From: Chiloscyllium plagiosum
Lineage: Eukaryota
Assembly (NCBI RefSeq): GCF_004010195.1
Contig: NC_057719.1
Coordinates: 65,927,049 to 65,991,048, forward strand
Reading direction: 5' to 3'
Length of the DNA stretch: 64,000 bases
Positions 12,601 through 26,179 of the stretch are shown here, in pieces. The notes under the pieces were generated by a model. That model saw only the letters and a program-made list of their open reading frames with translations. It did not search any database and was not told where the DNA came from. Position numbers and translations under genes: made by a program. Numbering within the stretch: position 1 is the stretch's first letter; each line of letters begins with the position of its first letter.

Positions 12601-15600
12601 ATATTACTCTGAATGACTTCGTACTATTTGCCAACCTCGACCCCAGAATTTGTTTACTGAGTCAAAACTTGTGATGCGCAAGCTTAAGTTGACATTTCCA
12701 ACCCTACCACCGGATACTATTTAAAAAAGAAGTCTCCTGCACGTCCAAAGTCTTTTTTTGTGTAGCCAAAAGTAGCAGGTGTTCATCAGGTATTCCATCA
12801 AAGAACTGGCCTGTTACTGACCAATGCCTGCACCCCCCTCACTGTAACTCTCTACCCCATCAAATTCAGCTTCCACAAGGACCAACATTCGTAAAGGATC
12901 TGGCAGATGAGCTGCATCAGGGTTTCTTACTCATTGAATGAGACCCGAGACAAATTATAATAGTCCTCAGACCTCTCTGTTCCAGCGGCCATCACTGTGT
13001 ACTTCATGAGTCATACCTGGCTTTCAGGTTGTGTTGCATTTGGTAAATTTGAACTGCAACAAAGCAAAGGAAGAAAATAAAATTGCGATGCCGTTCCACT
13101 CTCAGCGTGACTGTAATTGAAAATGTCTCAATGGTTTGTTTGCCCCTCTGTTTGCAAGGAGGCAATGGGATTTCCGGCCATGTCTTGTTTGATAGTTGCA
13201 TCATATACTTAAATGTTTTTTTAAAATATTATAAATATATCAATGTAGCCACTCATTCATTTTCACTTCAACAATTGCATTAGGAAATGGTTGCATTTGC
13301 AAAGAGCACTGCATGTTTATAGTAACAAAATCTAATTTACAATTCACTTCAAATGATCATTGCAATGAACAATACTGAATTAAAATTGTGCTTAGTATTG
13401 CAATTTTGATATGTTGCATTTGCTGATCGACATAATTAGTTATTAAGGTATTTATGGCATTTAGGGTAATAATTTTTATTTCTTTAAGAAGAAATCAGAG
13501 ACTGAAACCTAGTTCTTATCTAGAAATGCTCATGTTCGTTTTGTTGAGTAGCAAATAATAATGACTGAAATTATTTGTCTTATGTTTAAAGCATGAACTG
13601 GTTTCTGTTAAAATCTCACGCTGTAACAATATAGTTGTGGCCTTTGCATTATCAGTGTAGTAATTTTATTGATTAACCTGTGTAATAAGCAAGACAACAG
13701 AATCTGCACATTGAAAACAGGAATTCTAAGCTCACATTTAGCTGAGAGAATTCTTGCATCCAGAAATAGGAATTACATAATTGGGTAGCATTTAATGTTC
13801 TTGCCTGCTGGCTGGATAGCTGCTAAAGCCTGTGTACTTTGTTTGTGGAAAACCCATTGGTACTGAATATCTCCCACCTCTCCCCCAGTGCTTGACTATC
13901 CAACGCAGGTCTTTCCCAGAGTGAGGATCCTGGGCTGGAAATCACATTCCTTGCAAACAGACACGTGTCCACTGTTGCCCAATCAGAGGCTGACAGCTGT
14001 CTATTATAGACAGTACGAGGAGAGGTAATAGCTGCACATAATGATTCCAGAGAGGTGTCTCAGGGTCGCCACACCTCAGGACATGAATGAATGGAGACAG
14101 AAGGGGCTCTGGCACCAAGAGCAAAGGCTGGCTTTTAGTTGACTTCCGTTCCAAATGCTGGTCTCTCCATCAAGTGCTGAGTATTTTTGAATGAAGGAGA
14201 TACATGTGCAACCATCCTGGGAACCAACAAGCAAACGCAGCAGGATTTATTTTGCAAACTTCCCATGTGACAACTGTCCTACCCAGTACTGGGTTGAATA
14301 TTAGTGAGGATGAGGCAATTAAGTAGCTATTAATCACTCTCTTAAAGACCATCAATTGACAGCAGGTTCAAAAGGCTTGTGACTTATTCCATGATGGGAA
14401 GGTGATAGTGTTCTTCTCTGACACACTCCCACTTGATTAAAAGCCACCATGTGGGGGGCATTAAATTTCACACATTATGTCACTTTCAGCAGTCTAAATT
14501 CTCTTAGATTGCCTTTATATAAATAATGGAAATGAGAACAACTGAGCATACTGCTTAAAATTGATTAGTTGCAAAGTAAATTATGGTAATGATGATTTCT
14601 GTTTTCTATAAACTATCAAATGAGTCATTGCAACATTTCACAATCTATCCATACATTTCCTACTGAATCAAGAATTGTTATGGCTCAGAAGGAGACTATT
14701 CGGCCGATCATGCTTACGCCAGATGTATTATCTCGTGCCAATTTTCTGCCTTTTCCCCATATCCCTGCACAATATTTCTTCCCAAATACACATCCATATT
14801 TCAATTGATCCACAGCCTTTTATGGAAGAGAATTTCATTTTTTTTACCTAAATGTCAACCTTCAAAATCTTTACCATCCTCATTCCTTCCTTATTGCACT
14901 GTAAAGTCTTTAAATCCCAACTTAGTAGCAGCATAATTAATTTATCTGCCATCTTTTCAATCCAAATAAAGCTGTTCACCATGAATGCCGAATAATAAAA
15001 TATAAAAATATAAGGATTTGATGATTTAAATTTCTAAATTATAAAATTAAATGTAAAATGAAGTTGCTAACTTTTGTAACACCAAAATCTTACCAACTTG
15101 TGGTTTATTGAAGGAAGCTGCTTCAAAATACATTGATATCCATTTAGAAACCAAGAAATGAAATCTGCCTTGTAAAAGTGTTTAGTGAAATCCACACACT
15201 AACATTTTGGAACCAGGCTTCCCAATAAGTGTACTTGCAAAGGTGGGACAGATTATAAAAGCAGATCAGACTACTCCATCATTAACTCAGTCTTTTTCTT
15301 TCTCTTGACCAATTGACTAATCTGAAATTTATGTAATCTGTGTAACTCAATGGGAATTTGCTGCTTAAAAGTGAATTAGTGACTGTGAATTGAGTGAGCT
15401 TTGTACTGTTCTGAGCCAAAGTATACTCTTTATAATTCTTGTTCAAAGTTATTTGTCTTAAATGCATATAAACATTTTTGAAAAGGTGGAATTTCCCATG
15501 TTTGACTTTTGTTGTAATAATTGCATCGTTACTGATGTGATTCAAAATATTTATGTAATGCTGAGACAGGTAATAAATGGCATAGCTCTTGATTAAAAGC

Positions 15601-15984
15601 ATTTGCTGTACTGTTTTTCAGATTGATGTACATCACAACTTTAACAGTTAATAATTCCAAATGTTATGTCCCTGCATCATTTGGTAACTGAATATTTCAA
15701 GTTCATCTTTTCAGAGAAACTGTTAAGTTGGGTCCATTATGTGGATGTTTAAAAGTAATGTTTGTGAGCATTTGTACAATCGAATTTATTAAAGTGCTTC
15801 AGGGTAAATCTGTGGACTGTTTCACTGATAACTTGTGTTCATGCACGCCTGTTATTAATAAAAAAAAAAGCAGAAAATGCTGTCAACATTCTGAATCATG
15901 TGACATCTGTGGCAAGAGAAACAGAGTTAATATTTGAGATCAATGATTTCTAGTGACTCTATCCAATAACTTGCACAAAAATCA

Positions 15985-16330
15985 AAACTGACATCCCAGT
16001 GTTGTACTGATAGAGCGCTGAACTTTCAAAAGTGCTAAGTTTTGGCTGAGATGTTAAATCAGGATCCCACCTGCTTTCTCAGGAGGATGTAAAAACAAAT
16101 CATTTGGCTATAACTTTGAAGAAGAGCAGAGAAGTTATCCGTGATGTACTAGCCAGAACTTTTGTCTCAATCAGACAATATATCACATTGCTGCTTATGT
16201 GAGCTCGATGTGTACAAATTGGTTGCCACATTTTCTTATACAATAACAATGATTATACTTAAAACAGTACTTCACTGACTGTAAAGGTTTTTTGGCTGTC
16301 TGGTCATTGTGTAACATGATATATAAATCC
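15985..16330 (+). mobile_element. Decayed Deu-domain SINE (similar remnants ~32050-32400 and ~47930-48250, and on - at ~17465-17690 and ~32845-33020)
   Basis: ctgacatcccagtgttgtactgatagagcgctg...gagatgttaaatcagg resembles the DeuSINE central domain; recognised by eye only. Confidence 0.55.
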
Positions 16331-18189
16331 AGATCTCGCTCTGTCTCTTTATAAAGGCTGCCTATCCAGATGTATCTCCAGCATTTCTTGTTTATATTTT
16401 GATGTTCACCATTCAAAGTACTGTAAGTTGGTCTGGTATTAAGAATTGTTTTTATATTTAAAATGTCTATACCGCATTGCTAACTATTTGATAACAATGG
16501 GCAGGATACATCAAATGTTATCATTTTCAAGATGTTGGGCTAAGTGCTGGAAGGTAGGACCATGGTATGTCAGTGCAGGCTCGATGAGGTGAAGGGCTTC
16601 TTCTGTACTATATGATTCTATGGTACTGAAACAAAACCTGAGGTGTGCATTGGGTGTACACTGTGCTAGTGCTGGGGAATGATAGTGCAATAATAAAGGT
16701 GGTCTTAGGAAATAGAAGCTATTCAACTTTGAGGTCAGATTTATAGAAGAGATTACACAATATAATGGATATGCAAAATATTTAAAATCTCAAATTCTTG
16801 TTTATGTCTTTCCACCTGCTGACACTTGCAACAGCCAAAAAGCACATGTTTCCCAACAAATATTTAAACGCTGCTTTACTTATACAGTTCCTGCAAATAG
16901 CTTCGGTTACACGCCCACATTTATCTCCATTATCACTTGATCAGTCCATTTTTACTACTGTTGACAATCATTGATTTAAACCAATGACTAATTTGCCTCA
17001 CACAAATTATAATGTATAAATCACCAGCATTCTTCTTATATTTTACATTAAACAGAGCTGTATTGTGCTAGTGGGGTAGTACGGTACAGGTATTTTTACA
17101 AAGAGTTTATGTTAGGGTCATTAAATTTTTACTTTGCTGATGTCTGAGATTGTTATAGAGCTCAATGAATCCTACTTCAGGGTTACTTCTCAAACAAAGT
17201 TAAAAGAGATTCTTAGGCATTCTGTGAGGACTTGTGGTGGCATCACTCAGTCAGAGTCTGTCTTATTGCACAGAGATATAGCCTGTAGTCTTATTTTAAA
17301 GAAGTTCACTGTCAGTTCAAATATATAACATTTGGAAGAGATACAACATCCCTGTTCAAAATAGATAATAAATGCTTGATTTGAATGCATGCTACTTAGT
17401 TATTATGGTTGACATCTCTGAATTTCCATGTCTGCTAAGCAGTACCTGGTCAGTTGCAAAGAAAAGCAAGACTTGCATTTATATAGTGCCTTTCAGGACT
17501 GCATGAGATCCCAAGACCTCAATTTACAGCCAATTAGGATATTGTTGAATTGTAATAATTTTTGTAAAGTAGGAAATTTGGAACTATTGCAAATATCAAA
17601 GTCCTAGTAGTAGCTATGTGATAATATGTCAAGTTTTTTTTATGCTGGAATCTTGCATCCATCTAGATGAGACATTCAGACATCTAATTTATCTAATTGA
17701 GACTTGTAAGATAATCAAAGGGTTAGATAGGTTGAACAGTGAGAGCCTTTTTCCTTGAATGGCGATGGCTAGCACGAGGGGACATAGCTTTAAATTGAGG
17801 GGTAATAGGACAGATGTCAGAGGTAGTTTGTTTTGACGTACATGTTTAAAGGAAACTACATAGAAGCTTTGCATTCCGTGAAACCATGGCTAATCTGATA
17901 ATTCTCAACTCTGCTTTCCTGCCTTCCTGTGACATTTTTTTGTTTGAATCGTTTGACACTTTTTGCACAGTGACGTTGTCACTCCTTGAGTTTGTGAAGC
18001 ACAAGATAAATGCAGATCATCCTCATGGCTACTTTGGCCACTTCCTCAGAAATGTCTGATACTCAACTGGAAGCTTATCCCATTCATTGATTACTTTTCA
18101 TGTAAGGAAGGATTTATTGACATCACTTCTAAGTTTTGCTAATCTGAACCTATGTTCTCTCGTTCTCTTTCTACAACTTAAGCAAATTT

Positions 18190-18855
18190 ATAGCCAGATA
18201 TACATTTTCCGTAGATCCCTTAAGACGACAGGACAAGTTAATAAGATGGTTATGAAGGCATATAGAACACTCGCCTTCATCAGTTTAGGCATAAATTATA
18301 AGAGCAGAGAGGTTATGGTGGAGCTGTATGAAACTTTGGTTAGGCTGCACCTGGATTACTGATTGTCACACTACATGGAAGGATGTGATAGCACCAGAAG
18401 TGGTGCAGAGGAGATTCACCAGGATGTTCCCTGTGTTGGAGCATTTTATGAAGAGAGGCTAGATAGGCTTGGGTTGTTTTCTTTAGAGTAGCGAAGGCTG
18501 AGCGGGCGCTTGGTTGATGTGTATAAGATTATGAGGGATATGGACAGGGTGAGTAGAAAGCAGCTGTTCCTCTTGGCTAAAGGGTCAATAACAAAGGGGT
18601 GTAATTTTAAGATTAAGGGCTGGAGGTTTAGGGGGGATTTAAGGAAAATCTTTTTCACCCCCAAGGGGTTGGGAATCTGGAATGCACTGCCTAGCAGGGC
18701 ATTGGAGATAGTAAACCACCTAATCTTTAGACAGTACGTGGATAAACACTCAAAATATCATAACATTCAAGTATATGGACCAAATGCTGGAAAGTGGGAT
18801 CAGTGTATGTAGGTCAGTGCAAACGTAATGGGCCAAAGGACCTCTTCTGTGCTCA
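18190..18855 (+). mobile_element. CR1 LINE 3' fragment
   Basis: KAYRTLAFISLGINYKSREVMVELYETLVRLHLDY; VDVYKIMRDMDRVSRKQLF. Confidence 0.85.
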
Positions 18856-19296
18856 ATGACAGAAGGTGAATATTTAAAAGTAAGAGATTAGTTTCCTGGT
18901 GATGTTGCTTGTATTTTTGAGAGAAGCTCAATTTCCATCCAAAGCTTTCATGCGGTGCTTGATTTTCTGTCAAAGTTGAATCAGTTTGTATGTCCAAAAT
19001 GTTCCTAATTTTTATTTCTTCAGTCTTCTCGAAGCTTTAGATATTTGCAGAGATGTGATGGTATGATTTTCCTAAGTTATTCAATGTGTTCCTTTCCTTT
19101 CTAATAGTTAATGGTAGTTCTAAATATATTGAGGCTGAATGATACAGACCACATTAGGAGATTTAGCCTACATCTTGGAAGGATCTAAAACAAGGTAGGT
19201 AGTGATCATGAGCATATTGTACACAGAAGGTGTGGCACTGGAGTTCAGTGACCCACTTCTATGAGGAGGACCATACCCTGCTGCCTTCTCTGTTTG

Positions 19297-19502
19297 GAGA
19301 CAGTAAGGACTGCAGATGCTGGAAGCCAGAGTCAGCAGATGCGAAGCTGGTAATGCACAGCAGGTCAGAACAGCATCTGAGGAGCAAGAAAGTCAACATT
19401 TCGGGACCTGATGAAGGGTTTTGGCCCAAAACATTGATTTTTCTGCTTTTCGGATGCTGTCCGTCCTGCTATGCTTTTCCAGTTTCACATCTATTCACTC
19501 TA
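19297..19502. mobile_element. Fold-back Penelope-derived insertion (family A), decayed hammerhead
   Basis: 13-bp TSD CCTTCTCTGTTTG (19284-19296, 19503-19515); inverted arms; ctgatgaagggttttggcccaaaac at 19408. Confidence 0.75.
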
Positions 19503-20018
19503 CCTTCTCTGTTTGTACAAGATATCACGTGTCAATGCTAAACCTGTAGTAGGGAGACTGCTAAGGCATAGTGATAAACATCTATCAATAGTAACAGCTG
19601 GCAGGCTACTGCAGGCCTAAAATTCACTTGCATAGCTCATCCCACTATAAATGAAAACTGAGTTTGGATGGTCACTGCTTTAATTCTTTCACCCTTTGTC
19701 ACAGAATACCATTGAAATGAACAGCCAGTTAAAAATATCTTTGACATGACTGAATGCACGTCATTGCTGAAGATTTTAACTGTGAACCATGTCTGTAATA
19801 GTCATGGCTTTGTCTGGTAAGCTGTCATTTCTTCCAGCATTATAAACTGAAAAATCTATTAAGGGTTGTTAGAACTATCAGTTGACAGTCATTTGTTCCA
19901 AGAGAAATTCCTCTTAGTTATGTTAATATATTTTTTAAAATAATGGCACTGTCTTTATGTGAGTTTAAAAACAAAGTGATTTCCATAACATTAAAACGTC
20001 TGCTGCTCAAGCATAAAA

Positions 20019-20280
20019 TCATAGATTCCCTACAGTATGGAAGCAGGTCATCGGACTATTGAGTCCGCACGGACCCTCTGAAGAGAGTTCCTCCCAGACC
20101 CACCCATCCCTGTACCCCTGCCTTTCCCATGGCTAATCCACTTAGTCTGTACATCCCTGGACATTAAGGACAATTTAGCATGGCCAGGAAACCCAGAGGA
20201 AAGCCATGCAGACCTAGAGAGAACATGCAAATTCTACATGCAGAGTTGCCTGAGGGTGGAATAAAGGAGCCCTGGCACAA
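20019..20280 (-). mobile_element. HE1/V-SINE-type SINE, partial
   Basis: catagattccctacagt tail and caatttagcatggcca core. Confidence 0.8.
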
Positions 20281-20289
20281 CTGGAATCA

Positions 20290-20900
20290 GTAGGTCCCAG
20301 GGCAAACTCTCCAATGGCTGGAGACTTACCAGGCACATAGCACGATGATTGTAGTTGTTGGAGGTCAGTCAGCGCCAGGATATCTCTGCAGAAGTTCCTT
20401 AGGGTAGTGTCCACGGCCCTACCATCTTCAGCTGCTTCATCAATGATCCACCTTCCATCATAAGGTCAGAAGTGGGGATGTTCAAATGCAACAAGATCTG
20501 GACAGTTTCCAAGCTTGAGCAGACGAGTGGTAAGTAACAATTGCACCAGCAAAATGCCTGGCAATGACCATCTCCAATAAGAGACAATCTAATTACCTTC
20601 CCTTCGCATTTAATGGTATTACCATTACTGAATCCTTTACTATCGACATCCTGAGGGTAACCATCAGTCAGAAACTCAACTGGATTCACCAAATAAATAC
20701 AGTGACTACAAGAGCAGCTCAGAGACTAGAAATACTGCAGTGAATAAGTGACCTCCTGGCTCCCCAAAGCCTTATCTACAATGGACAAAGCAGTAGTGTG
20801 ATGGCATACTCTGCATTCACCTGGATCAATGCACTTTCACCAACATGCAAGAAGCTTGACACCATCAAGGACAAAACAGCCTGCTTCATTGGCATCACTG
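20290..20900 (+). mobile_element. Decayed CR1/L2-group LINE RT fragment (same family as ~24430-24660, ~36790-40040(-), ~48260-48790)
   Basis: EVP*GSVHGPTIFSCFINDPPS RT motif; shared downstream sequence among the copies. Confidence 0.7.
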
Positions 20901-21021
20901 TGAAGTAGAAACTCCAGGCTAAGTGTGACAAAGCATTTATCAGTCAATGCACAGAAATTAATCTTCTTCCACATAGATAAATTGTTCTGCAGCTTGTGAC
21001 AAGAAAAAGATAACCTACACA

Positions 21022-21349
21022 TGGGGGTGGCTCTGTGGTTAGCACTGCAGCCTCACAGCGCCAGGGACCCGGGTTCGATTCCTGCCTTGGGTGATTGTCT
21101 GTGTGGAGTTTGCACATTCTCTCCGTATCTGTGTGGGTTTCTTCCGGGTGCTCCGGTTTCCTCCCACAATCAAAAGATGTGCAGGTCAGGTGAATTGGCC
21201 ATGCTAAATTGCCCATTGTGTTAGGTGCGTTAGTTAGGGGTAAATATAGGGTGGGGAATGGTTCTGGGTGGGTTAACCTCTGGAGGGTCAGTGTGGGCTT
21301 GTTGGGCCAAAGGGTGTGTTTTCCATACTGAACGGAATCTAATCTAATC
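21022..21349 (+). mobile_element. HE1/V-SINE-type SINE, near full length
   Basis: A and B boxes, conserved core, (ATCTA)n tail. Confidence 0.9.
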
Positions 21350-21654
21350 ACACTGAACTAGCAATTTCTGCTACTTCACCACTAACCTTGTAAAAACCCT
21401 TAACATCACGCTGTGTTTCGTGAAGTTGCTTCATTTGTATTTTCATTACCATTTAAACAGTGCAGAAAAATAAGCTCCCACTTAATGTGGTAAAAACCCT
21501 TTTTTGAAGTGATTTATACTTCTGCAATTCCAATTAATCTGTCCAACACAGGGGGAAAAAACACATTTTGTAGTTTCATTCCTCTAGTAAATTATTTTTT
21601 GAGATTATTAACATTTTAAATACAACATTATAGAATTGTTATTTTCTTTTCTAT

Positions 21655-22700
21655 CAGAGGAATGGTTAATAAGTTTGCAGATGCCACCAAATTTGGAGGT
21701 GCAGTGGACAGCGAAGAGGGTTACTTCTTGATCTTGATCAGCTGGGCCAATGAGCTGAGGAGTGGCAGATGGGTTTAGTTTCAATAAATGCGAAGTGCTG
21801 CATTTTGGAAAGGCAAATCAGGACAAGACTTATACACTAAATGGTAAGGGCCTGGATAGTGTTGCTGAGCAAAGAGACCTTGGAGTGCAGGTTCATAGTT
21901 CCTCGAAAGTAGACTCACAGGTAGATAGGATAGTGAAGAAGGCATTTAGTATGCTTTCCTTTATTGGTCAGTGCATTGAGTGTTGGAGTTGGGAGGTCAT
22001 ATTGTGGCTGTCCAGGTCATTGGTTCGGCCACTTTTGGAGTATTGCATGTAATTCTGGTCCCCCTCCTGTAGGAAGGGTGTTGTGAAACTTGAAAGGGTT
22101 CAGAAAAGATTGACAAGGATGTTGCCAGGGTTGGAGAATTTGAACTATAGGGCGAGGCTAAATAGGCTGGGGCTGTTTTCCCTGAAGTGTCGGAGGCTGC
22201 CGGGCGACCTCATAGAGATTTTTAAATCATGCGGGACATGGATAGGATAAATAGACAAGGTCTTTTCTTTGGGTTGGGGAGTGCAAAACTAGAGGGCATA
22301 GGTTTAAGGTGAGAAGGGAAAGACTTAAAAGGGACCTAAGGGGCAACCTTTTCACACAGAGGATGGTGCGTTTGTGTAATGAGCTGTCAGAGGAAGTGGT
22401 GGAGGCTGATATAATTACAACATTTAAAAGGCATCTGGATGGCTATATGAATAGGAAGGGTTCGGTGGGAAATGGGCCAATATTTATGATATATGGTCGG
22501 CATGGATAAGTTGGACCGAAGGATCTGTTTCCGTGCTGTATATCTCTGTGACTCTACCTGTTTTCTCTTTGTTAAGCTAACATATTAGGAGATATGGGCC
22601 AAAGGCAGATGTATGGCATTGAGCCATGAATCAGCCATGATCTCATTGAATGGCATAACAGGCTCAAGGAGTTGAATGGCCTACTCCTGTTCCTATGTTC
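21655..22700 (+). mobile_element. CR1 LINE 3' portion plus a second CR1 tail
   Basis: KFAD, KCEVLHFGKAN, EQRDLGVQVH, LVRPLLEYC and 3' UTR tail. Confidence 0.9.
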
Positions 22701-24119
22701 TTTCACTTAATTCAGTCTTTCCTTTCTTTACTTTGTCACATTTAGCTTTATATTCACCAATTTCTTCACCAATCCTCTAGCCTTTTTCTCGTCAATCCTT
22801 AAATCATAAGGGGGATATACTGCTGATTGGAGATGATGTCCCATTGCTCTACAGGTTAAAACATTTTTAACATAATAAGAAAGCATTACTCAGTAAAATC
22901 AGGAATGTTATTAAATCTTTGTGCACTATGCAGTGCAAATGCTGATGTATTTTTTTAAACTCTGAAGCTGAGCAATCATAACAGGAAATGTGACATGAAA
23001 TGCCTCATGAAAGCAGTTTTGCTTAATTAAAAAATGAGGCCGGTTGAACCCTTACTTCTTTAAATGGGATCATTCCTCTTGTGTTTTCTTGTTAGTCATA
23101 TCATAATAGATTATTTTTAAATAGATATTTTAAATACATAGATACCTGCAGAATCGTCCAACAAAAATGCTGAAATGTTCCTGTATGCTTAATAAAATTA
23201 TAAAAAAATGTTTGACCTTTCTGTACAATATGGGTCGAAGAACATTTCTTGCTATGATAAATTATTGCTGTGTGGTTACCATATGTTAAAAGAGAATTTA
23301 GATGGATGGAAATTTTGTACACGAACATTTGTCCTTGGATTTTTTTCAACTGCATTCAATTGCTGTGATTAGTAGTCTGAAGAAGAACTAAAGCTTTCAT
23401 TCTTTGTACAATGGTAACATGGTTACTAAAAACGTAGCATGCAGGAAGAAAAAAGCCTGTAGTGCAACTGATTTACTCCACTCTGTGGATGGGAACACTG
23501 CACAGCAGACAGCCAGCTGTCAATGACAGGCATTGTGTTTCTTGAGCATATCATTCTTCTGTGAATGTCCTTGGCATCTCTCAGTATGGAGCAGTACATA
23601 AATAATTAGTACAATGACAGTGTGTTTCAGCATTGCTGTAAATCTGCCCTTGTTCCATTTAAAGTTTAATGTTAAGAAGTATTGCTTGTTCCACATCATC
23701 TTTGGAATATGTGAACTGTTTGGATGTGCTCAAGAGCCTTTTAAATGGGTCAGGTCAAGTAAAATAATGTTGATTTTTGCTGTAACCTGTGGTACTAAAT
23801 CTGGAACTAATAATTAATAAAGGAGAGTAATAACTGATACAGTTCATCTTCATTTCAGGATGTGCATCTGAATTGCATGCTTTTACAAAATCTTTTGGTA
23901 TGAAACCCATTGTAGTCAACTTTTCTTGATTACTTTGAATTTTGCCTCCCAATTTGCTTGGAATGGTCATCATATCATCTCCAGCCTGATAGTCTGAGAT
24001 TCAGTGGACACATTCCACCAGTAATAACTGCCCAATCAGTTTCTCCTGGTCATCAGCAAAGTGTTAGGAGGGGTTATAGTGCTATCAAGCAAAACTTGCA
24101 AAGGACTGACCATACTTGT

Positions 24120-24427
24120 AGGTGGCACGGTGGCTCAGTGGTTAGCACTGCTGCGTTACAGCGGCAGGGACCCCGGGTTCGATTCAAGCCTCGGGCAACT
24201 GTCTGTGTGGTGTTTGCACCTTCTTCCTGTGTCTGCGTGGGTTTCCTTACACAGTCCAAAGATGTCCAGTTTAGGTGAATTGGCCATGCTAAATTGCTCA
24301 TAGTGTTCGGGGATGTGTAGGTTAGGTGCATTTGTCAGGAGTAAATATAGAGTAATAAGGTAGGAGAATGGGTCTGGGTGGGTTACTCTTCGGAGGGCAT
24401 GTTTCCACACTGTAGGGATTCTGTGAT
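24120..24427 (+). mobile_element. HE1/V-SINE-type SINE
   Basis: ggcacggtggctcagtggttagcactgctg head; gggttcgattc B box; tail. Confidence 0.88.
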
Positions 24428-24989
24428 ACTGTGCTCAGTCTGGGTTTCACCAGGCCCACTCGAATCCTGTCCTTATTATAGCCTTGGTCCAAGTGTGCAC
24501 AAAAGAGCTCAACACAGGCTAAGTCAGGTGAGTGGGATTGCCCTTGACATCAAGGCAGGATTTGACCAAGTATGGCATCTATGAGCCTTTGCAAAACTAG
24601 AATTAATGGGAATGAGGAAGAAAACTCTTTGTGAGTTGGAATTGTATCTGGCACAAAGGATTGTGTATAAGTCGATAAAAGATACACAGAAAACTATGTA
24701 TGACCATAGATTGGGTACTTGACACATCAGTTCATCAGGACAGAAATAATCAAAGTAAATAGCACAGTTAGATCAATTGAAAGTAAGTTGAAAGATCAGT
24801 GCTGACTACAGTAACAGTGCAGTCTCACTTACTTTCTCAGTTTTGGTCAGAAAGACATAAAGGAAACAGGTAAGCAATGGCGCAGTGCAGAATAAATTAT
24901 CCCTGACTGCTCGGGCCAGAGAATTTAGATAAGTAGAAGCCAAGAAACTGGAACTCTTTAGCCTTAGAAAGAGGTGAGTGAGAGGGAAC

Positions 24990-25372
24990 ATTCATTTATA
25001 TTTTCTTGAGATATGGGCATCACTGGCAAACCAGCACTTGTTACCCATCCTTTGTTACCCCTTGAACTGAACTTCTTGGTCAATTTGAGGATACTTACAT
25101 TGTTGTGATCTGGAGTCACGTGTAGGTCAGACAGGTTATGATAAGAGATTTCCTTCCTTCGATGGCATTGATGAATCAGCTGGGTTGTTAATGACAATTG
25201 CTGGTCATTTAATGGTCACCATTTTTGAGACCAGCTCTTGATTCCAGATTTTATTAATTGAATTTACATTCCACCAGCTGTCATTGAGAGATTTGAACCC
25301 ATGTCATCAGAACATTAGACTCAGCCTGTGAATTATCAGCCCAATGATATTGTCACTCTGCCACCATCTCTC
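24990..25372 (-). mobile_element. Second-family tRNA-derived SINE
   Basis: Reverse complement of the 8938/26180 family including the ttccagattttattaattgaattt segment and LINE-like tail. Confidence 0.65.
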
Positions 25373-25643
25373 CAAAAGGAAATATGAGTTATAAGAGATC
25401 TAACTAGATGACGTTATACAAGGACAGTGCTTGCTTTGTTTTTGGATGTTCAAACAAGTAATATAGGTTAAACTGTTAAAAAAAATCTTCAGGCTGATCA
25501 GGAAGAAATCCAGATACAGTGATCAATATGGAATAGCCCCAGATAAAGGAACAGAATTGTAAATAATTTGAGAAACAGTTAGATGATATGGTGAGTTCAG
25601 AATTGTTTATTCTAGATGGATAAAGTGGTCACTTATATCTATG

Positions 25644-25833
25644 AGAAAGTGAGGACTGCAGATGCTGGAGATCAAAGCTGAAAACTGTGTTGCTGGAAAA
25701 GCGCAGCAGGTCAGGCAACATCCAAGGAGCAGGAGAATCGACGTTTCGGGCATAAGCCCTTCTTCAGGAATCTTCTCCTGCTCCTTGGATGCTGCCTGAC
25801 CTGCTGCGCTTTTCCAGCAACACATTTTTCAGC
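25644..25833. mobile_element. Fold-back Penelope-derived insertion (family A) with an intact hammerhead core in the hairpin loop
   Basis: 15-bp TSD TCACTTATATCTATG (25629-25643, 25834-25848); ~60-bp inverted arms; minus-strand CTGAAGA-aGGGC ttat GCCC-GAAA-CGTC. Confidence 0.88.
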
Positions 25834-26179
25834 TCACTTATATCTATGTCAGTTTTATGATATTAAAGTAATTTTCCAATCATTTGCATATTTTAGATTA
25901 TACATCTGTTGTTTTCATTAAATGTACCATGATAAGTTGATTTCAAGTACATTTATTTTCACCAAAAGATTCTTCAATATCAGTTCCCAGAACTTTAAGG
26001 AAAATTCTAATTTTTTGTCAGATAGTCTGTTGTTTATATTGAATCATGTTGTGTTATGGTTCCAGTTTTAACTAGAAGCTTGCTTACAATTAGATGTGCT
26101 GATTGCAAGGCATGACCAGTTATTAACTCAGTCTCACTGAAGTAGCAAATTGCATGTCTGGCCTGGGTAGTGAGTATTA

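Noticed and set aside
20944..21351. Recurrent ORFs such as MGNLAWPIHLTCTS... (also 1147, 24074, 36242)
   Set aside because: Chance translations of the same SINE, not a gene family
24120..24195. tRNA-like sequences with A and B boxes
   Set aside because: They are SINE heads continuing into SINE core and tail; no standalone tRNA gene is supported
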